A stretch of DNA of 64,000 nt from an uncultured Desulfurococcaceae archaeon (GCA_964399035.1 CAYNPH010000048.1:9685-73684); one strand, 5' to 3'; counted from the stretch's first letter, positions 9,556 to 21,494 are shown. Notes: generated by a model from the letters alone, not told the origin. Numbers and translations are program-made.

Positions 9556-11475
9556 TCACCTCCAGAATTTCTCTATCAAGCCTTTCTGCAACTCATATGT
9601 ATCGGGATGATCCACAGGCACTATCGCGTTGACTGGGCATACCTGTACACATGCTCCGCACCCTACACAGAGTCCAGGATCTATGTGGGCACGACCCTCC
9701 TTATCCGGGTAAATCGCGGGACACGCAAAGATGTTATAGCACATACCACATTTTATGCACTTGCTTAAGTCAACTTTGAAGAGTGGCGGCTTTATTCCGG
9801 CTTTCCTTAGACTCCGTAGGGCGCTTAGGGCGCATTTTCGCCTAGCTATTATTACGGCGGGTTCCCTCCGCTTACTTGCGTACTCCATCGCCTTGCTGAG
9901 GGCGTTTTCAACCTGTGACACGTCGAAGGGGTCTATCACCTCGACGAAGTTAACTCCAAGCCCCCTAACAACGCTCTCTAAAGGAATGTAGTTCTCGGTA
10001 GCGTCTGCTCCTCTTGTAGTAGGTGAGGGCTGATGGCCAGTCATAGCGGTGATCTCGTTATCGAGGATTATCGTAATCATGGGTGTCCTATGCCATACGG
10101 CGTTCACCAGCGGGGGTATGCCTGTATGAAAGAATGTTGAGTCACCGATTATGGCGAGTATGACGGAGTCAAGTACGTGCGCGAATCCATTAGCAGTCCC
10201 TATACTTCCGCCCATATTGATAATTACGTCCTGGAGATTATATGGTGGGTTATGAGCTAACGCGTAACACCCTATGTCGCCAGCAGCTACGTAGTTTAGT
10301 TTTCTCCTGTCGAGATACCTTCTTATGGCATAGAAGAGCGGGCGGTATGGGCACCCCGGGCAGAATGTTGGCGGGCGTGGGGGTACCGGTAGGGCTTCCC
10401 TCGCACTACTTGTTGCCAGTACTGTTGGTTTTCTGCCCTCAGTAAATGACTTTAACGCACTATATACTCGCTCGTGACTCATCTCGTAGGGAAGCCCGAT
10501 AAGGTCCTTCCCATGCAGCTCTATAGTAATTCCCTCCTCGTAAAGTGTGGCTTTTACTTCCTTCTCAACAACAGGTTCTAGCTCCTCCACAATCAGGACT
10601 TTCTCGACACCTTCTAGGGCTTTAAGGAGCAGTTTCCTAGGAATAGGGTACGGTGTACTGAGCTTTAGTATTTTCCAACCGTCGCCTACTTTCCCAGATG
10701 CAATTATTTCCTTCACATACGCGTACGCTATTCCTGACGCTACTACTAAGTTCTTTCCGTCACCCTCTATTCTATTAAACGGAACGACGTTAACTTCATC
10801 CATGATCTTCTTCCATCTTGTTAGCATTGCTTCCCGATCTTTCCTAGCGTTCGACGGCGTGAGTACGTATTCCTTTCTCCTGGTGAACTCACCGCGCGTG
10901 ATTAACCTTGGTATCGCTCCTAAGGTAACTGGGCCGCGCGTGTGGCTTAGGCGGGTAGTCGTTCTTAGGATTACTGGGTGCCTTACTTTTGAGCTGAACT
11001 CAAAAGCAAATTTACATAATTCCTTTGCCTCCCCAGGGTCCGAGGGTTCAAACACGGGTATATAGGCGTGCACACCATACAACCTATTGTCCTGTTCATT
11101 CTGGCTACTCCACATACTCGGGTCATCGGCAGTTACTATCACGAAACTCTCCCTTACACCCGTATATGCCGAACTCATCAGCGGATCCGCAGCTACGTTG
11201 AGTCCCACGTGCTTCATCGCGACAAGCGACTTAACACCCGAAATAGCTGCAGCGTAAGACACTTCAAACGCCACTTTCTCGTTGACGCTCCACTCGACGT
11301 AAATTCCCAGCTTGTCCTTTACCTTAAGAAGGGATTCCACGATCTCGGAGGAAGGGGTTCCTGGATACGCGGCCGCTAAGCCCATGCCTCCTTCAAGAGC
11401 TCCTCTGGCTATTGCTTCATTTCCTAGCATTAATATAGAGCCTTCTTTCAACATAATAGTGTCTTCAAACCTCAT
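9556..11475 (-). CDS. iorA: indolepyruvate:ferredoxin oxidoreductase alpha subunit
   Basis: About 640 aa with TPP-binding regions and two ferredoxin motifs (CIKCGMCYNIFACP, CVGCGACVQVCP) at the C-terminus. Confidence 0.85.
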   Translation of the reverse strand: MRFEDTIMLKEGSILMLGNEAIARGALEGGMGLAAAYPGTPSSEIVESLLKVKDKLGIYVEWSVNEKVAFEVSYAAAISGVKSLVAMKHVGLNVAADPLMSSAYTGVRESFVIVTADDPSMWSSQNEQDNRLYGVHAYIPVFEPSDPGEAKELCKFAFEFSSKVRHPVILRTTTRLSHTRGPVTLGAIPRLITRGEFTRRKEYVLTPSNARKDREAMLTRWKKIMDEVNVVPFNRIEGDGKNLVVASGIAYAYVKEIIASGKVGDGWKILKLSTPYPIPRKLLLKALEGVEKVLIVEELEPVVEKEVKATLYEEGITIELHGKDLIGLPYEMSHERVYSALKSFTEGRKPTVLATSSAREALPVPPRPPTFCPGCPYRPLFYAIRRYLDRRKLNYVAAGDIGCYALAHNPPYNLQDVIINMGGSIGTANGFAHVLDSVILAIIGDSTFFHTGIPPLVNAVWHRTPMITIILDNEITAMTGHQPSPTTRGADATENYIPLESVVRGLGVNFVEVIDPFDVSQVENALSKAMEYASKRREPAVIIARRKCALSALRSLRKAGIKPPLFKVDLSKCIKCGMCYNIFACPAIYPDKEGRAHIDPGLCVGCGACVQVCPVNAIVPVDHPDTYELQKGLIEKFWR

Positions 11476-11584
11476 TTCGATATAACCAAATATATTTCGC
11501 GATTAACCAAATTATTTTTAATGTTATACTGATTTATGAAGAAATTTATGGAGATTTATACTGTTTAAGCAATTCATTCTTTCT

Positions 11585-13189
11585 CTATCTCCTCGAAGCA
11601 GCAATGAGTAATCCTTCGAATACCGGTGAGGGGTTGAGGGGCCTACTCTTAAATTCTGGATGCGCTTGTGTGCCTATGTAGAACTTAGAATCCTTAAGCT
11701 CCATTATTTCAGCTATGCAATCATTGCTAGTGCCGCTTACTATGAATCCGTGGTCTTGGAACTCATCAATGTAATCTGGGTTGACTTGATACCTATGGCG
11801 GTGCCTCTCAAGCACTATTTCTGCGCCACCATAGATCTTGTACGCTAGCGTACCTGGAACTAACTTTATGGGTCTTGCGCCAAGGCGCATGGTACCGCCT
11901 AGTACCTCAACGTTTCTCTGGAAGTCCATTAAGTCTACTACTGGGTGGGGAGTGTTAGGATCTATCTCAGTGCTGTTCGCGTCCTTATATCCTAAAACAT
12001 TCCTAGCGAACTCAACAACCATTACCTGTAGCCCGAAGCATATTCCGAGCACAGGTTTGCCCGATTCTCTTAGTTCCCTTACAGCCTCTATCTTGCCCAT
12101 CAGTCCTCTCTTACCGAAACCTGGTAGTACTACAGCGCAGTCTATGTCTTCAGGGATTTCTTTAGGGTCTATGTGGCCCCGCTCTATGTCTGTGGCCTCA
12201 AACCATTTTAGAATGGGCTTTAAGTTTAGCTTTGCGGAGGCGTGTTTCAAGGCTTCAATGATGCTTAGGTAGCTGTCCCTTAACTTAGTGTATTTACCTA
12301 TCATTCCTATTCTTACGGGTTCAGATGCGGTCTTAATTCTCTCTACGAACTCTTTCCAAGCGGTTAGATCCGGCTTATTTAACTTGATCCGTAGCTTGTC
12401 GCTAATTACATCAAGTATTTTCTGCTTATGTAGGACTAGAGGCACTTCATACACAGTCTCAACGTCGGGATCGCTGAATATCGCCCTCTCAGGTACGTTC
12501 CCGAAAAGCGATAACTTCCTGCGAGCCTCAGCGTTGAGGTGTGTGGGTGATCTAGCGATGAGGATATCTGGCTGAATACCTATTCGGCGTAATTCTTGGA
12601 TGCTGTGTTGGGCAGGTTTGGTCTTCAGTTCACCCGTAGTGGTTAACTTGGGTACCAGGACTACGTGAGCGAAGAGCGTGTTAGTTTCTCCTAACTCTAG
12701 CCTTAATTGCCTGGCGGCTTCTAGGAAGGGTAATCCTTCAATGTCGCCTACGGTGCCCCCGATCTCAACTATGGCGACGTCGGTTTCCTGCTCCCTTGCT
12801 ACGTCAAGGATTTCTTTCTTGATCTCGTCGGTGACATGTGGTATTATCTGGACGGTTTGACCTAGGTATTCACCTTTCCGTTCCTTCCTTATTACGGTGG
12901 AGTAAACCTTTCCCGTCGTTATGTTGTTCTTCTTGCTTAGGTTGATGTTGAGGAATCTTTCGTAGTGCCCTAAGTCGAGGTCAGTTTCCCCACCATCCTC
13001 TGTTACGAATACTTCTCCATGCATGTAAGGATTCATGGTTCCTGCATCAACGTTAACATAAGGGTCGATCTTTATTGCCGTAACAGATAGCCCCGAGGCT
13101 TTAAGCAATAATCCTAGAGAGGCTGTTACGACCCCTTTGCCAAGCCCCGAAAGCACACCCCCCGTAACGAATATTAGCTTAAGCGCCAT
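11585..13189 (-). CDS. pyrG: CTP synthase
   Basis: [15 protein letters not shown]-terminus and amidotransferase motif LGICFGLQ. The ORF opens at GTG 13198. ATG 13189 is the likelier start. Confidence 0.95.
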   Translation of the reverse strand: MALKLIFVTGGVLSGLGKGVVTASLGLLLKASGLSVTAIKIDPYVNVDAGTMNPYMHGEVFVTEDGGETDLDLGHYERFLNINLSKKNNITTGKVYSTVIRKERKGEYLGQTVQIIPHVTDEIKKEILDVAREQETDVAIVEIGGTVGDIEGLPFLEAARQLRLELGETNTLFAHVVLVPKLTTTGELKTKPAQHSIQELRRIGIQPDILIARSPTHLNAEARRKLSLFGNVPERAIFSDPDVETVYEVPLVLHKQKILDVISDKLRIKLNKPDLTAWKEFVERIKTASEPVRIGMIGKYTKLRDSYLSIIEALKHASAKLNLKPILKWFEATDIERGHIDPKEIPEDIDCAVVLPGFGKRGLMGKIEAVRELRESGKPVLGICFGLQVMVVEFARNVLGYKDANSTEIDPNTPHPVVDLMDFQRNVEVLGGTMRLGARPIKLVPGTLAYKIYGGAEIVLERHRHRYQVNPDYIDEFQDHGFIVSGTSNDCIAEIMELKDSKFYIGTQAHPEFKSRPLNPSPVFEGLLIAASRR

Positions 13190-13221
13190 CAGCACCACGT
13201 CGTTGATTCTGTTATCTGGGG

Positions 13222-14754
13222 TTATGAGTTTAGTGTATGCTTAAGCTCCCTATATTTCCTAGAAAAACCTAAAGGATCTTTCAAGACCTGAGGAACGTAC
13301 TTCAATATATTTAGCGGTGATGCCTTACCCTCCTGCATGTAAGCGTACTCACCGGCAATAGCATTTGTGAACGCGGCTACGCAGGCAGCCCTAAAGGGAT
13401 CCTTAGTCCTAACTAAGGCAGTCGCCAATATACCGGCCAGCACATCCCCGGTGCCACCGCAGCTCATGTCTTGGTGGCCGACACCAATCCTTAACTTATA
13501 GTTTCCTGTCGGTGTTGCAATAACGTCCACCGGTCCCTTCAGAAGAACGTTTGCCCTATATTTCCTAGAGATTTCCAGGGCTATGGCAACCCTTTCATTA
13601 ATACTATGAGGATGAAGGCTTCTTTGTAGCAGTGCTGTCGCTTCACCTAGGTGAGGCGTAAGCACTAAGGTCACGTCTTCAGGTACATTAATGCTAGGTA
13701 ATACTTTTAGTGCATCAGCATCAAGCACTAAGGGTATGCTTAACTCGCTGGCAAGTTTTAGTAGGTTCTCAACGAAGCCTGCCGTCCCGTCATGAAGGCC
13801 TAATCCCGGCCCAGCAACTATCACATCGACCTTACGTATGAAGCCCTGCTTCTTCAGAATGTTCACGTGATCCGCGTTTAAGTGATCTCCCTTAAGTGGT
13901 ACCCCTAGAATCTCAGGACTGAATCTGTGGCTTAGTACTTCCTCAAGTGATGCGAGGAACACTAAGTCGGCGCCCGCGTACCACGCCCCAAGCGCTGTTA
14001 GCCATGGTGCTCCCACAAACTCTTTTGAGCCAGTGAATACGAGAACGCGCCCTCCATCACCTTTCTTTGCGTTACGCTCCTTAGGTTTAAACCATACAGC
14101 GACATCCCCCGGCCCTACAGCCTCAAAGGCATTCTTCGGCGTGCCTATGTTGACAACTACTAACTTACCCACGTACTCTGTGGCTTTAAGGAGTCCAGGC
14201 TTTACTGCCGCCATTGTTACTGTTATGTCAGCCTTAACAGCATCCCCAGGTACCTCCCCGGTATCTGGGTTGACGCCGGAGGGTACATCTATCGATATCT
14301 TCAAGCCCTGTGACGAATTAATTGATCTTATGGCGTAAGCAACATCCCCGCGGGGTGCGCCACGAACGCCTGTCCCCAGTAATCCGTCAATAATCACGTC
14401 CTCAGAGAACTGCTGTCCTAAGGAGTAACGGGTGATTCTAACTCCCCTAAGGTTTTTGAGTACCTCGAAATTAGCCGCGGCGTCCTCATTCCTAATCACT
14501 TTGCTGGTTAAGTACACGTTAACCTGAAATCCATGATTCAGTAAATGCCTCGCGGCAACGAAAGCATCACCCGCCTTCCCACCAGAACCAGCCACCACCG
14601 CAACAGTGTGAGGCCCCTCCCCTACAGCGTCAACTATCACGCGAGCTACTCCAGCTCCTGCATTTTCCATCAGAAGCCTTGTTGGAACACCCCAGAACTC
14701 CGAATTTAGATCTGTAGCCCTCACCTCGGCGACCGTCAAAACACGCGGGTGCAT
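13222..14754 (-). CDS. nnr: bifunctional NAD(P)H-hydrate repair enzyme (epimerase/ADP-dependent dehydratase, YjeF N+C)
   Basis: A YjeF-N domain is followed by a carbohydrate-kinase-like domain with GGTGDVLAG. Confidence 0.85.
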   Translation of the reverse strand: MHPRVLTVAEVRATDLNSEFWGVPTRLLMENAGAGVARVIVDAVGEGPHTVAVVAGSGGKAGDAFVAARHLLNHGFQVNVYLTSKVIRNEDAAANFEVLKNLRGVRITRYSLGQQFSEDVIIDGLLGTGVRGAPRGDVAYAIRSINSSQGLKISIDVPSGVNPDTGEVPGDAVKADITVTMAAVKPGLLKATEYVGKLVVVNIGTPKNAFEAVGPGDVAVWFKPKERNAKKGDGGRVLVFTGSKEFVGAPWLTALGAWYAGADLVFLASLEEVLSHRFSPEILGVPLKGDHLNADHVNILKKQGFIRKVDVIVAGPGLGLHDGTAGFVENLLKLASELSIPLVLDADALKVLPSINVPEDVTLVLTPHLGEATALLQRSLHPHSINERVAIALEISRKYRANVLLKGPVDVIATPTGNYKLRIGVGHQDMSCGGTGDVLAGILATALVRTKDPFRAACVAAFTNAIAGEYAYMQEGKASPLNILKYVPQVLKDPLGFSRKYRELKHTLNS

Positions 14755-14832
14755 TCAGTATCCCCGCTTTCCTTATGAGGTAGAGGTCTTATAAGGTGCC
14801 TTCAAGTAACAACCTTCACACAGGTATTTAGG

Positions 14833-17800
14833 ATGATCATCAAGGGTATGTGCCCTAACTGTGGAGGGCCAATAACGGAGAAGAGGTTGCTTGCTGGGCT
14901 ACCCTGCAATAGGTGCTTGCCGGAGAGAGAGGCTAAACGCGTAAAGACCTTGGGATTAAGGAAGGTAATCACCGATCTAGGGCGTGTAAAGGGACTAATA
15001 GACGCGTTCCTCCTTGAGGACGAGTTAAGGGACTTTGAAGAGTTCTTCAATAAACTAACGGGGAAGAAGTTCTGGAGCATACAATTGGCGTGGGCCAGAA
15101 GGATGCTAGCGGGAGAGTCCTTTGCACTAATTGCGCCGACGGGTGTCGGGAAAACCACGCTTCTCCAGGTCTATGCGATCTTCAAGGCACATAAAGGTGA
15201 GAGGGTTCTGTACATAGTGCCTACTAGGGAGCTAATGAAGCAAGTAGTATCTTCCCTGAAATCACTTGGTGAAGGACTGGGCGTAATGGTATTCGATTCA
15301 ACGACCTTCAAGAAGAGTGAACAGAACAACGCTGGTAAACGTGTGGATGTGCTGACACACGCATTCCTCTTCCGCAATAAGGACCTATTTCAGGATATTA
15401 GGTATGGGCTAGTGATTGTGGATGACTTCGACGCGCTACTGAAGTCGTCCTCTCTAATAGACCTAATACTAAAAACACTAGGTATAGGGGAGAGAGCAAT
15501 AGAACTAGCTCGTAAGATAGTCGCGCTTAAGTCCGAGCTATTCTTCTACAAATATGCTGGTAACGAGGAGCGTGCCGAGGAGGTTAGTAAGAAGCTCTAT
15601 GATGTTGAGTTAGAACTAGCGGCAGTGTTGGATGTGAGTAGTGTAGGGCAGTTATTAATAGCGAGCGCCACAGGCAGGGCGAAGGGAACTAGGATAAAGG
15701 TCCTCCGGGAGTTACTGGGTTTTGAAGTTGGATCGATAATGGATTACTTACGTAATATCGTTGAGGTAATTACGCCCTACGACGAGGGCAAGTTAGTTAA
15801 GGTACTTAAGGAGCTGGAGGGAGGCACACTAGTATTCGTGAGTAAGGAGATCGGTGTAAGTGGTGCTAAGAAGCTTGTGAGTACCTTAGTAAAACATGGA
15901 ATTAAGGCATCACTCGCGACATCGAGGAAAGCACTAGAGCTACTGAAGAGCGGGGAGGCCGAAGTACTTGTCGGTGTCGCAACATACTACGGAATACTAA
16001 CTAGAGGAATAGATGAACCGCTACTAATATACAATACAGTATTTATTGGTGTCCCTAAGTTCGAGTTCGACTTACGATCAATGCTAGAAAATCCCAGATC
16101 CTTCGTGAGAACACTCATTGAGGCGTCAAGGAGGGGATTCATGCTTAGTGAGGAAGAGAAGGAGCTCGTGAGGATCTTAACTAAGTTAAGCCCAGGGAAG
16201 ATCAAGGTGCTGCAGGCAGGGATAAAAGGGTATATTGAGTTGGAGGGATTCCTAGCAGAGATTAAGGAGAGGATTCAACGCACCATACCTAAGTTAATGA
16301 AGTTCATCTCCACATACATAAGGGAACACGGGAAATTCGTCAGTGAGTCCTACGTCATCATTAGCAAGAGGGGTAAGCTCGTTGTCAGAATACCTGATGT
16401 AATGACGTATATACAAGCATCTGGTAGGTGTAGCAGGTTATTCAGGGGTAGGATGACATTAGGACTGTCAATAATATTTTACCTTGACGAGGACATTCTC
16501 AATATATTTCAGAAGAAGTTACGGAACTATGTTGCCTCCTACAACCCGATCCCATTAGAGGATGCTGACCTTAATGAGATAAAGAGAAAGCAGAAGGAAT
16601 CAAGGAGCGGTGCCAGTGAGGGCATGGATGTAAATAAGATTAAGTCGGTGTTAATAGTCGTTGAGTCACCTACTAAAGCAAGGACTATTTCCAAGATGTT
16701 CGGTAGGCCTGGACGAAGGTACCTAGGGGAATACGTTGCGTATGAGACCGTGATTACGCTAAACGATAAGGTTTATGTAGCGACGATAGCCCCAACTCTA
16801 GGTCACATACTTGACCTACAGATAAACGGCGGACTCCACGGCATAAGGAAAGCCCAGACAGGTTTGACACCTGTGTATTCGACAATTAAAAGATGCGCTG
16901 ACTGCGGTTACCAAACCACGGATGAAATAGATAAGTGCCCTAGGTGTGGCTCTACGAGGATACGTGATAGCAAGAAGATCGTGGATGCGCTCAGAAAGCT
17001 TGCAAGGGAGGCTGACATGGTGTTCCTTGCTACGGATCCCGACGATGAGGGAGAGAAAATCTCTTACGATGTGTACTTACTGCTTCGCCCGTACGTTAAC
17101 GTGTTTAGACGCATAGAGTTCCACGAAGTGACTAGGCAGGGCTTCCTCAAAGCTCTACTGAACCCGAGGGACATAGACCTAAGGAGAGTTGATGCCCAGA
17201 TCGTAAGGAGGGTTGACGATAGGTTAATAGGTTTCGAGCTAAGCGCGGTCCTCAAGGAGAGGCTGGACAGGTACTGGCTCGGCGGAGGAAGGGTGCAGAC
17301 ACCTGTCCTCAAGTGGGTAGTAGACCGATATAGGCAGTACATTGACTCAAAAGGATACCTACTGATAATCACGCTGCCAGAGAGACTACGCATTAAGTAC
17401 TTCACGAAAGACAGGGATGTAGCGGAAAGAATTCTTCGTCACGTTGCATCTGAAGGGGTAACCCTAGAATTAATCGAGGAGTACGAGAAGGAGCAGAACC
17501 CACGACCGCCATATACTACTGACACGCTACTCTTTGATGGGGTAAGGGTACTTAAGCTAAGCCCAGGTAAGGTAATGAAGATTGCACAGAACCTCTTCGA
17601 GCTTGGTTATATAACTTATCATAGAACTGATAGTACCCATGTCTCTGCTACGGGAATCGAGATTGCGAAGGAGTACTTAATTAAAGAAGGGTACGGCTCT
17701 GACATACGTCCTAGATCCTGGGGAGGTGAAGGAACGCATGAGTGTATAAGGCCGACTAAGCCCCTGAAGAGTCTTGACGAGGTCGAAGACCTAGGGTTCA

Positions 17801-18462
17801 TGTCGTTCAGTAACTTAACGTGGTACCATAAGAAACTGTATGAGCTAATATTCCGCAGATTCATAGCTTCGCAAATGACCCCAGCAAAGCTACGTGTCCG
17901 TAAGTTCAGGGTAATGCTTGGTGACATGGAACTCCACGTGGAAGTGCCTGTTGAAATAATCGAAGAGGGCTTCATGAAAGTACTTCCGGAAAGAATCTAC
18001 GAGTACCTCGCACAAGGAAAAGTATTCAGGTTTAGCGAGAACATAGAGTCCAAAGTAGTACGGGCATCAGAGATATCACTCTATACGGCGTCAGACGTAA
18101 TCAGGATAATGAAGGAGAAGAGAATAGGGAGACCTAGCACGTATGCAAAGGCAGTTGAGAATAACATGCGCCATGGTTACGTCATAGCCTCCAAGAAGAG
18201 ACTGTACTTAATACCTACGAAACTTGGCATGGAGGTTGCAGACCTAGTAAGTAGATATTACCCAGAGTTAAGCGATGTAAAAGCTACAAGGGAGTTAGAG
18301 GCGTTACTGGATCTAGTAAGGGAGGGTAAGATAAGCAGGAAGAGCGCCCTAATCCTACTGCTGAGTGATGTTGTACGGATTAGGGTGGGCCGCGAACTCA
18401 TGATGGCCTCAGAAGAGTTGCCGGCAGTATCGGAAGCTCAGACACACGTGGAGGCACTGTAA
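14833..18462 (+). CDS. rgy: reverse gyrase
   Basis: 1209 aa with an N-terminal Zn finger (CPNCGG..CNRC) and a helicase module APTGVGKT. TOPRIM VVESPTKA and type IA catalytic-Tyr motif ITYHRTDS are present. Confidence 0.97.
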   Translation: MIIKGMCPNCGGPITEKRLLAGLPCNRCLPEREAKRVKTLGLRKVITDLGRVKGLIDAFLLEDELRDFEEFFNKLTGKKFWSIQLAWARRMLAGESFALIAPTGVGKTTLLQVYAIFKAHKGERVLYIVPTRELMKQVVSSLKSLGEGLGVMVFDSTTFKKSEQNNAGKRVDVLTHAFLFRNKDLFQDIRYGLVIVDDFDALLKSSSLIDLILKTLGIGERAIELARKIVALKSELFFYKYAGNEERAEEVSKKLYDVELELAAVLDVSSVGQLLIASATGRAKGTRIKVLRELLGFEVGSIMDYLRNIVEVITPYDEGKLVKVLKELEGGTLVFVSKEIGVSGAKKLVSTLVKHGIKASLATSRKALELLKSGEAEVLVGVATYYGILTRGIDEPLLIYNTVFIGVPKFEFDLRSMLENPRSFVRTLIEASRRGFMLSEEEKELVRILTKLSPGKIKVLQAGIKGYIELEGFLAEIKERIQRTIPKLMKFISTYIREHGKFVSESYVIISKRGKLVVRIPDVMTYIQASGRCSRLFRGRMTLGLSIIFYLDEDILNIFQKKLRNYVASYNPIPLEDADLNEIKRKQKESRSGASEGMDVNKIKSVLIVVESPTKARTISKMFGRPGRRYLGEYVAYETVITLNDKVYVATIAPTLGHILDLQINGGLHGIRKAQTGLTPVYSTIKRCADCGYQTTDEIDKCPRCGSTRIRDSKKIVDALRKLAREADMVFLATDPDDEGEKISYDVYLLLRPYVNVFRRIEFHEVTRQGFLKALLNPRDIDLRRVDAQIVRRVDDRLIGFELSAVLKERLDRYWLGGGRVQTPVLKWVVDRYRQYIDSKGYLLIITLPERLRIKYFTKDRDVAERILRHVASEGVTLELIEEYEKEQNPRPPYTTDTLLFDGVRVLKLSPGKVMKIAQNLFELGYITYHRTDSTHVSATGIEIAKEYLIKEGYGSDIRPRSWGGEGTHECIRPTKPLKSLDEVEDLGFMSFSNLTWYHKKLYELIFRRFIASQMTPAKLRVRKFRVMLGDMELHVEVPVEIIEEGFMKVLPERIYEYLAQGKVFRFSENIESKVVRASEISLYTASDVIRIMKEKRIGRPSTYAKAVENNMRHGYVIASKKRLYLIPTKLGMEVADLVSRYYPELSDVKATRELEALLDLVREGKISRKSALILLLSDVVRIRVGRELMMASEELPAVSEAQTHVEAL

Positions 18463-18492
18463 TACGGAACAGAAAACGTTCGATGATATTCA

Positions 18493-18756
18493 CTAATAGA
18501 TTCTCTCTATTAGTATCTCAATAAACGACACTATCCTGCCCCTAACCTCATTGCTTCCTATTCGAACATCCACAAGCTTTAGGGCGTCACCCATACGCTC
18601 CTTTAGGGCATTATACAGCGCCACAGCTTTAGAGATGTTATTGCCTCTCCCACGTATCAACACTTGCCGATATCCTTGGTTGAATAGTATTGCTGCCGAG
18701 ACAATGTAATCCCCTAAAGGCCTATTACCAACGCTTATCTCACCGCGCTCGCTCAT
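18493..18756 (-). CDS. Alba paralog (Alba2-like)
   Basis: 87 aa with LFNQGYRQVLIRGRGNNISKAVALYNAL, matching the Alba core pattern. Confidence 0.8.
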   Translation of the reverse strand: MSERGEISVGNRPLGDYIVSAAILFNQGYRQVLIRGRGNNISKAVALYNALKERMGDALKLVDVRIGSNEVRGRIVSFIEILIERIY

Positions 18757-18870
18757 AAATAACCCCCAAGTATTTTAATGAATAGCTTTAAAAGTCGTGG
18801 CCTGCCCAGTACGGGGAACTCACCTAAAACTTAAATTAGGAGGCATTAGGTTAGACTGTAGGTGTGGACT

Positions 18871-19122
18871 ATGGCAATCCAGAGAAGCGAGAGTCCCTTA
18901 AGGACCCTGAGGTCGTCCGTCAATAAGGACGTATTAGTTAAGATTAAGGACGGGAACTCGTATTACGGTAGGCTAATAATGACTGACCCCACAATGAATG
19001 TAGTCATGACTGATTGCGAGGAAATCTCTGATGAGGGGGGAGAGCCCATAGCTAGGTATGGCACCGTGTTAATCAGAGGAAGTCAGATCCTCTACATAAT
19101 CGTTGACTATCGTAAGCAGTAA
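18871..19122 (+). CDS. Sm-like archaeal protein (SmAP/LSm)
   Basis: Sm1/Sm2 pattern VLVKIKDGNSYYGRLIMTDPTMNVVMTDCEE...VLIRGSQILYI. The ORF opens at GTG 18862, with an ATG at 18871. Confidence 0.85.
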   Translation: MAIQRSESPLRTLRSSVNKDVLVKIKDGNSYYGRLIMTDPTMNVVMTDCEEISDEGGEPIARYGTVLIRGSQILYIIVDYRKQ

Positions 19123-19250
19123 CCCTGCCGATTTTATTCGTCATTGCTATGTGGTGCTGCTTATAGTTCAACGGTAGCGTTAAGTAGTTTCATCAGAAAT
19201 AAGGAAAGCTTTAATTTCATACGTCCCTCCTCTGAAATTAGGTATGTAAA

Positions 19251-20477
19251 ATGCAGGGGAGAAACATACGTGTGGAGGCCGTTTCCTGGACGCCGGTCGA
19301 GGAGCAGATGGTAGAGCTTGTTGAAAGGAAGGGTATTGGACATCCAGACTACATAGCGGATGCGGCTTCTGAGGTGTCTAGCGTTATTCTCTCAAAATAC
19401 TATCTTGAGCACTACGGATACATCCTTCACCACAACCTCGATAAGGTTCTGCTTGTCGGGGGTCAGGCAAGGCCTGTCTTCGGTGGCGGAGAAATCCTTC
19501 ACCCGATATACATAATAGTCGCTGGCAGGGCAACGGAATACGTCATTAGCAGGGATGGTGGAATAGAAAGAATTCCGGTCGGGACACTTGTTATCGGGGC
19601 CGTCAAGAGCTGGATAAAGAAGAACTTCCGTTTCCTTGACCCGGAGCGTCACGTTATAGTAGATTACATGATAAGGAGCGGGAGTTCAGACCTTGTAGGA
19701 GTCTACGAGCTAGGCAAGAAGACCAAGCCATTAGCTAATGATACAAGCTTTGGCGTAAGTTTCGCCCCGCTCTCAACGCTGGAGACTTTAGTCCTAAAGA
19801 CCGAGCGCTTCCTTAACTCTAGAGAATTCAAGGAAAAGCTACCTGAGGTTGGGGAAGACATTAAGGTTATGGGGCTAAGGACAGGGAAGAAGATAACGTT
19901 AACGATTGCGGCAGCCATGATATCTTCGTTAATACCTGACATGGATCATTACCTGTCGGTAAAGGAGGAGGTTCTAAACAAGGTGAGTGATCTAGCATCT
20001 AAGATAGCGCCTGACTACGAAGTCGAGGTTCAGGTTAATACGGCGGATAAGCCTGACAAGGGGATAGCCTACATAACCGTGACGGGAACGTCGGCAGAGC
20101 ACGGGGATGATGGAATGACGGGCAGGGGCAATAGGGCTAACGGACTAATAACTCCCCTAAGACCCATGAGTCTTGAGGCAACAGCAGGGAAGAATCCCGT
20201 CAGTCACGTTGGTAAGATATACAACGTATTAGCTATGAGGATAGCCAACAGAATAGCCAGTGAGATTCCGAAAGTTCGTGAGGTTTATGTAGAGATACTC
20301 TCAAGAATAGGTTACCCAATAGACTTGCCTCAAGTAGCGGTGGCGAAGATACTTCCGGAAGATCCTGCATCATTCCTCTCTATGAAGTCGGATGCGGAAT
20401 CAATAATTAACGAGGAACTTGAGAATATAACGAAGCTAACGGATCTTATAGTTAACGGGCAAGCAATGCTATTTTAG
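19251..20477 (+). CDS. mat: archaeal-type S-adenosylmethionine synthetase
   Basis: [15 protein letters not shown]-terminal motif and about 400 aa length, typical of archaeal MAT. Confidence 0.93.
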   Translation: MQGRNIRVEAVSWTPVEEQMVELVERKGIGHPDYIADAASEVSSVILSKYYLEHYGYILHHNLDKVLLVGGQARPVFGGGEILHPIYIIVAGRATEYVISRDGGIERIPVGTLVIGAVKSWIKKNFRFLDPERHVIVDYMIRSGSSDLVGVYELGKKTKPLANDTSFGVSFAPLSTLETLVLKTERFLNSREFKEKLPEVGEDIKVMGLRTGKKITLTIAAAMISSLIPDMDHYLSVKEEVLNKVSDLASKIAPDYEVEVQVNTADKPDKGIAYITVTGTSAEHGDDGMTGRGNRANGLITPLRPMSLEATAGKNPVSHVGKIYNVLAMRIANRIASEIPKVREVYVEILSRIGYPIDLPQVAVAKILPEDPASFLSMKSDAESIINEELENITKLTDLIVNGQAMLF

Positions 20478-20496
20478 AAGTCGGCACTTCCAGCCG

Positions 20497-20562
20497 TCAG
20501 TGATGAGTGAAACCGGGTCTGATATCTTAGGTAAAGTGATGAGGGGTCGGTGGCTGAGATTT
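20497..20562 (+). ncRNA. C/D box sRNA
   Basis: All four boxes are consensus. C GUGAUGA 20500-06, 12-nt guide, D' CUGA 20519-22, C' GUGAUGA 20536-42, 11-nt guide, D CUGA 20554-57, then a T-run. Confidence 0.72.
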
Positions 20563-20597
20563 TTAGTTCATTACACCCTTCATTAAAGGGTTGAGGA

Positions 20598-21494
20598 ATG
20601 GAGTTAGCTCTGCTCTATAGGGGCTTAGACAAGGATTGTTTCACCGTCCTCAAAGTCCTAGATTCGATGCTAAGTAAGTACGAATATGTCCCCTTAGAGG
20701 TAATAGAAAGGAGGAGCAAGCTACCGCCTAAGGTTCTGGCACGTGTGTTGACTAGGCTAAACAAGATAAAAGCAATAATACGGACGTTAACCCCTAAGAC
20801 GGGCTACCGCCTTACCTACATAGGTCTAGATCTACTGGCCCTTCATTCTCTTAGTAACGCCGGGGTGATAGCGTATCTCGGGACAAAGGTCGGTACTGGA
20901 AAAGAAAGTGAGATATACATTGCCAAGAACCCTGAAGGGCAATTACTCGCTGTGAAGTTTTATAAGATAGGGCGCGTTAGCTTCCAGAAAGTAAAGAGGG
21001 TGCGATCATACCTAGTAGATGAGACCAATTGGATGATCAGATCTAAAGTCACTGCTGAAAGAGAGTATAAAGCATTGAGAGATCTAATTAAATTCACACC
21101 ATATGTCCCTAAGACCTACGGGTGGAATAGACATGCAGTAGTGTTAAGCTACATAAGTGGGATCGAACTTTACCGCTACAAGGTAGCAATTGACCCTGAG
21201 GGACTCCTTGAAAAGATACTAAGCACTTTGAGGGAAGCCTACCTCCATGTGGGCATAGTTCACGGTGACTTAAGTGAATACAACATAGTTGTCTCCATAG
21301 AAGGTGATGATGAGGTACCCTACATAATTGACTGGCCACAATACGTTTACAGAGACGACCCGAATCACGAGGCTCTTCTCCGCAGAGACGTGGAATACGT
21401 GCTCAAGTTCTTTAAGCGCCGTTACCGAGTCAACATTGATGTCGAGAGGGCCATCAAGTACGTCCGGGGAGAAGCAGAGAAGCTGTGGGCATGA
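20598..21494 (+). CDS. rio2: RIO-type serine/threonine kinase Rio2
   Basis: N-terminal winged-helix region plus a RIO kinase core (LAVKFYK, IVHGDLSEYNIV, IDWPQ). Confidence 0.9.
   Translation: MELALLYRGLDKDCFTVLKVLDSMLSKYEYVPLEVIERRSKLPPKVLARVLTRLNKIKAIIRTLTPKTGYRLTYIGLDLLALHSLSNAGVIAYLGTKVGTGKESEIYIAKNPEGQLLAVKFYKIGRVSFQKVKRVRSYLVDETNWMIRSKVTAEREYKALRDLIKFTPYVPKTYGWNRHAVVLSYISGIELYRYKVAIDPEGLLEKILSTLREAYLHVGIVHGDLSEYNIVVSIEGDDEVPYIIDWPQYVYRDDPNHEALLRRDVEYVLKFFKRRYRVNIDVERAIKYVRGEAEKLWA

Noticed and set aside
19150-19215. CUGAUGA and AUGACGA motifs on the minus strand, considered as a possible C/D sRNA.
   Set aside because: No CUGA D or D' box occurs at the required spacing.
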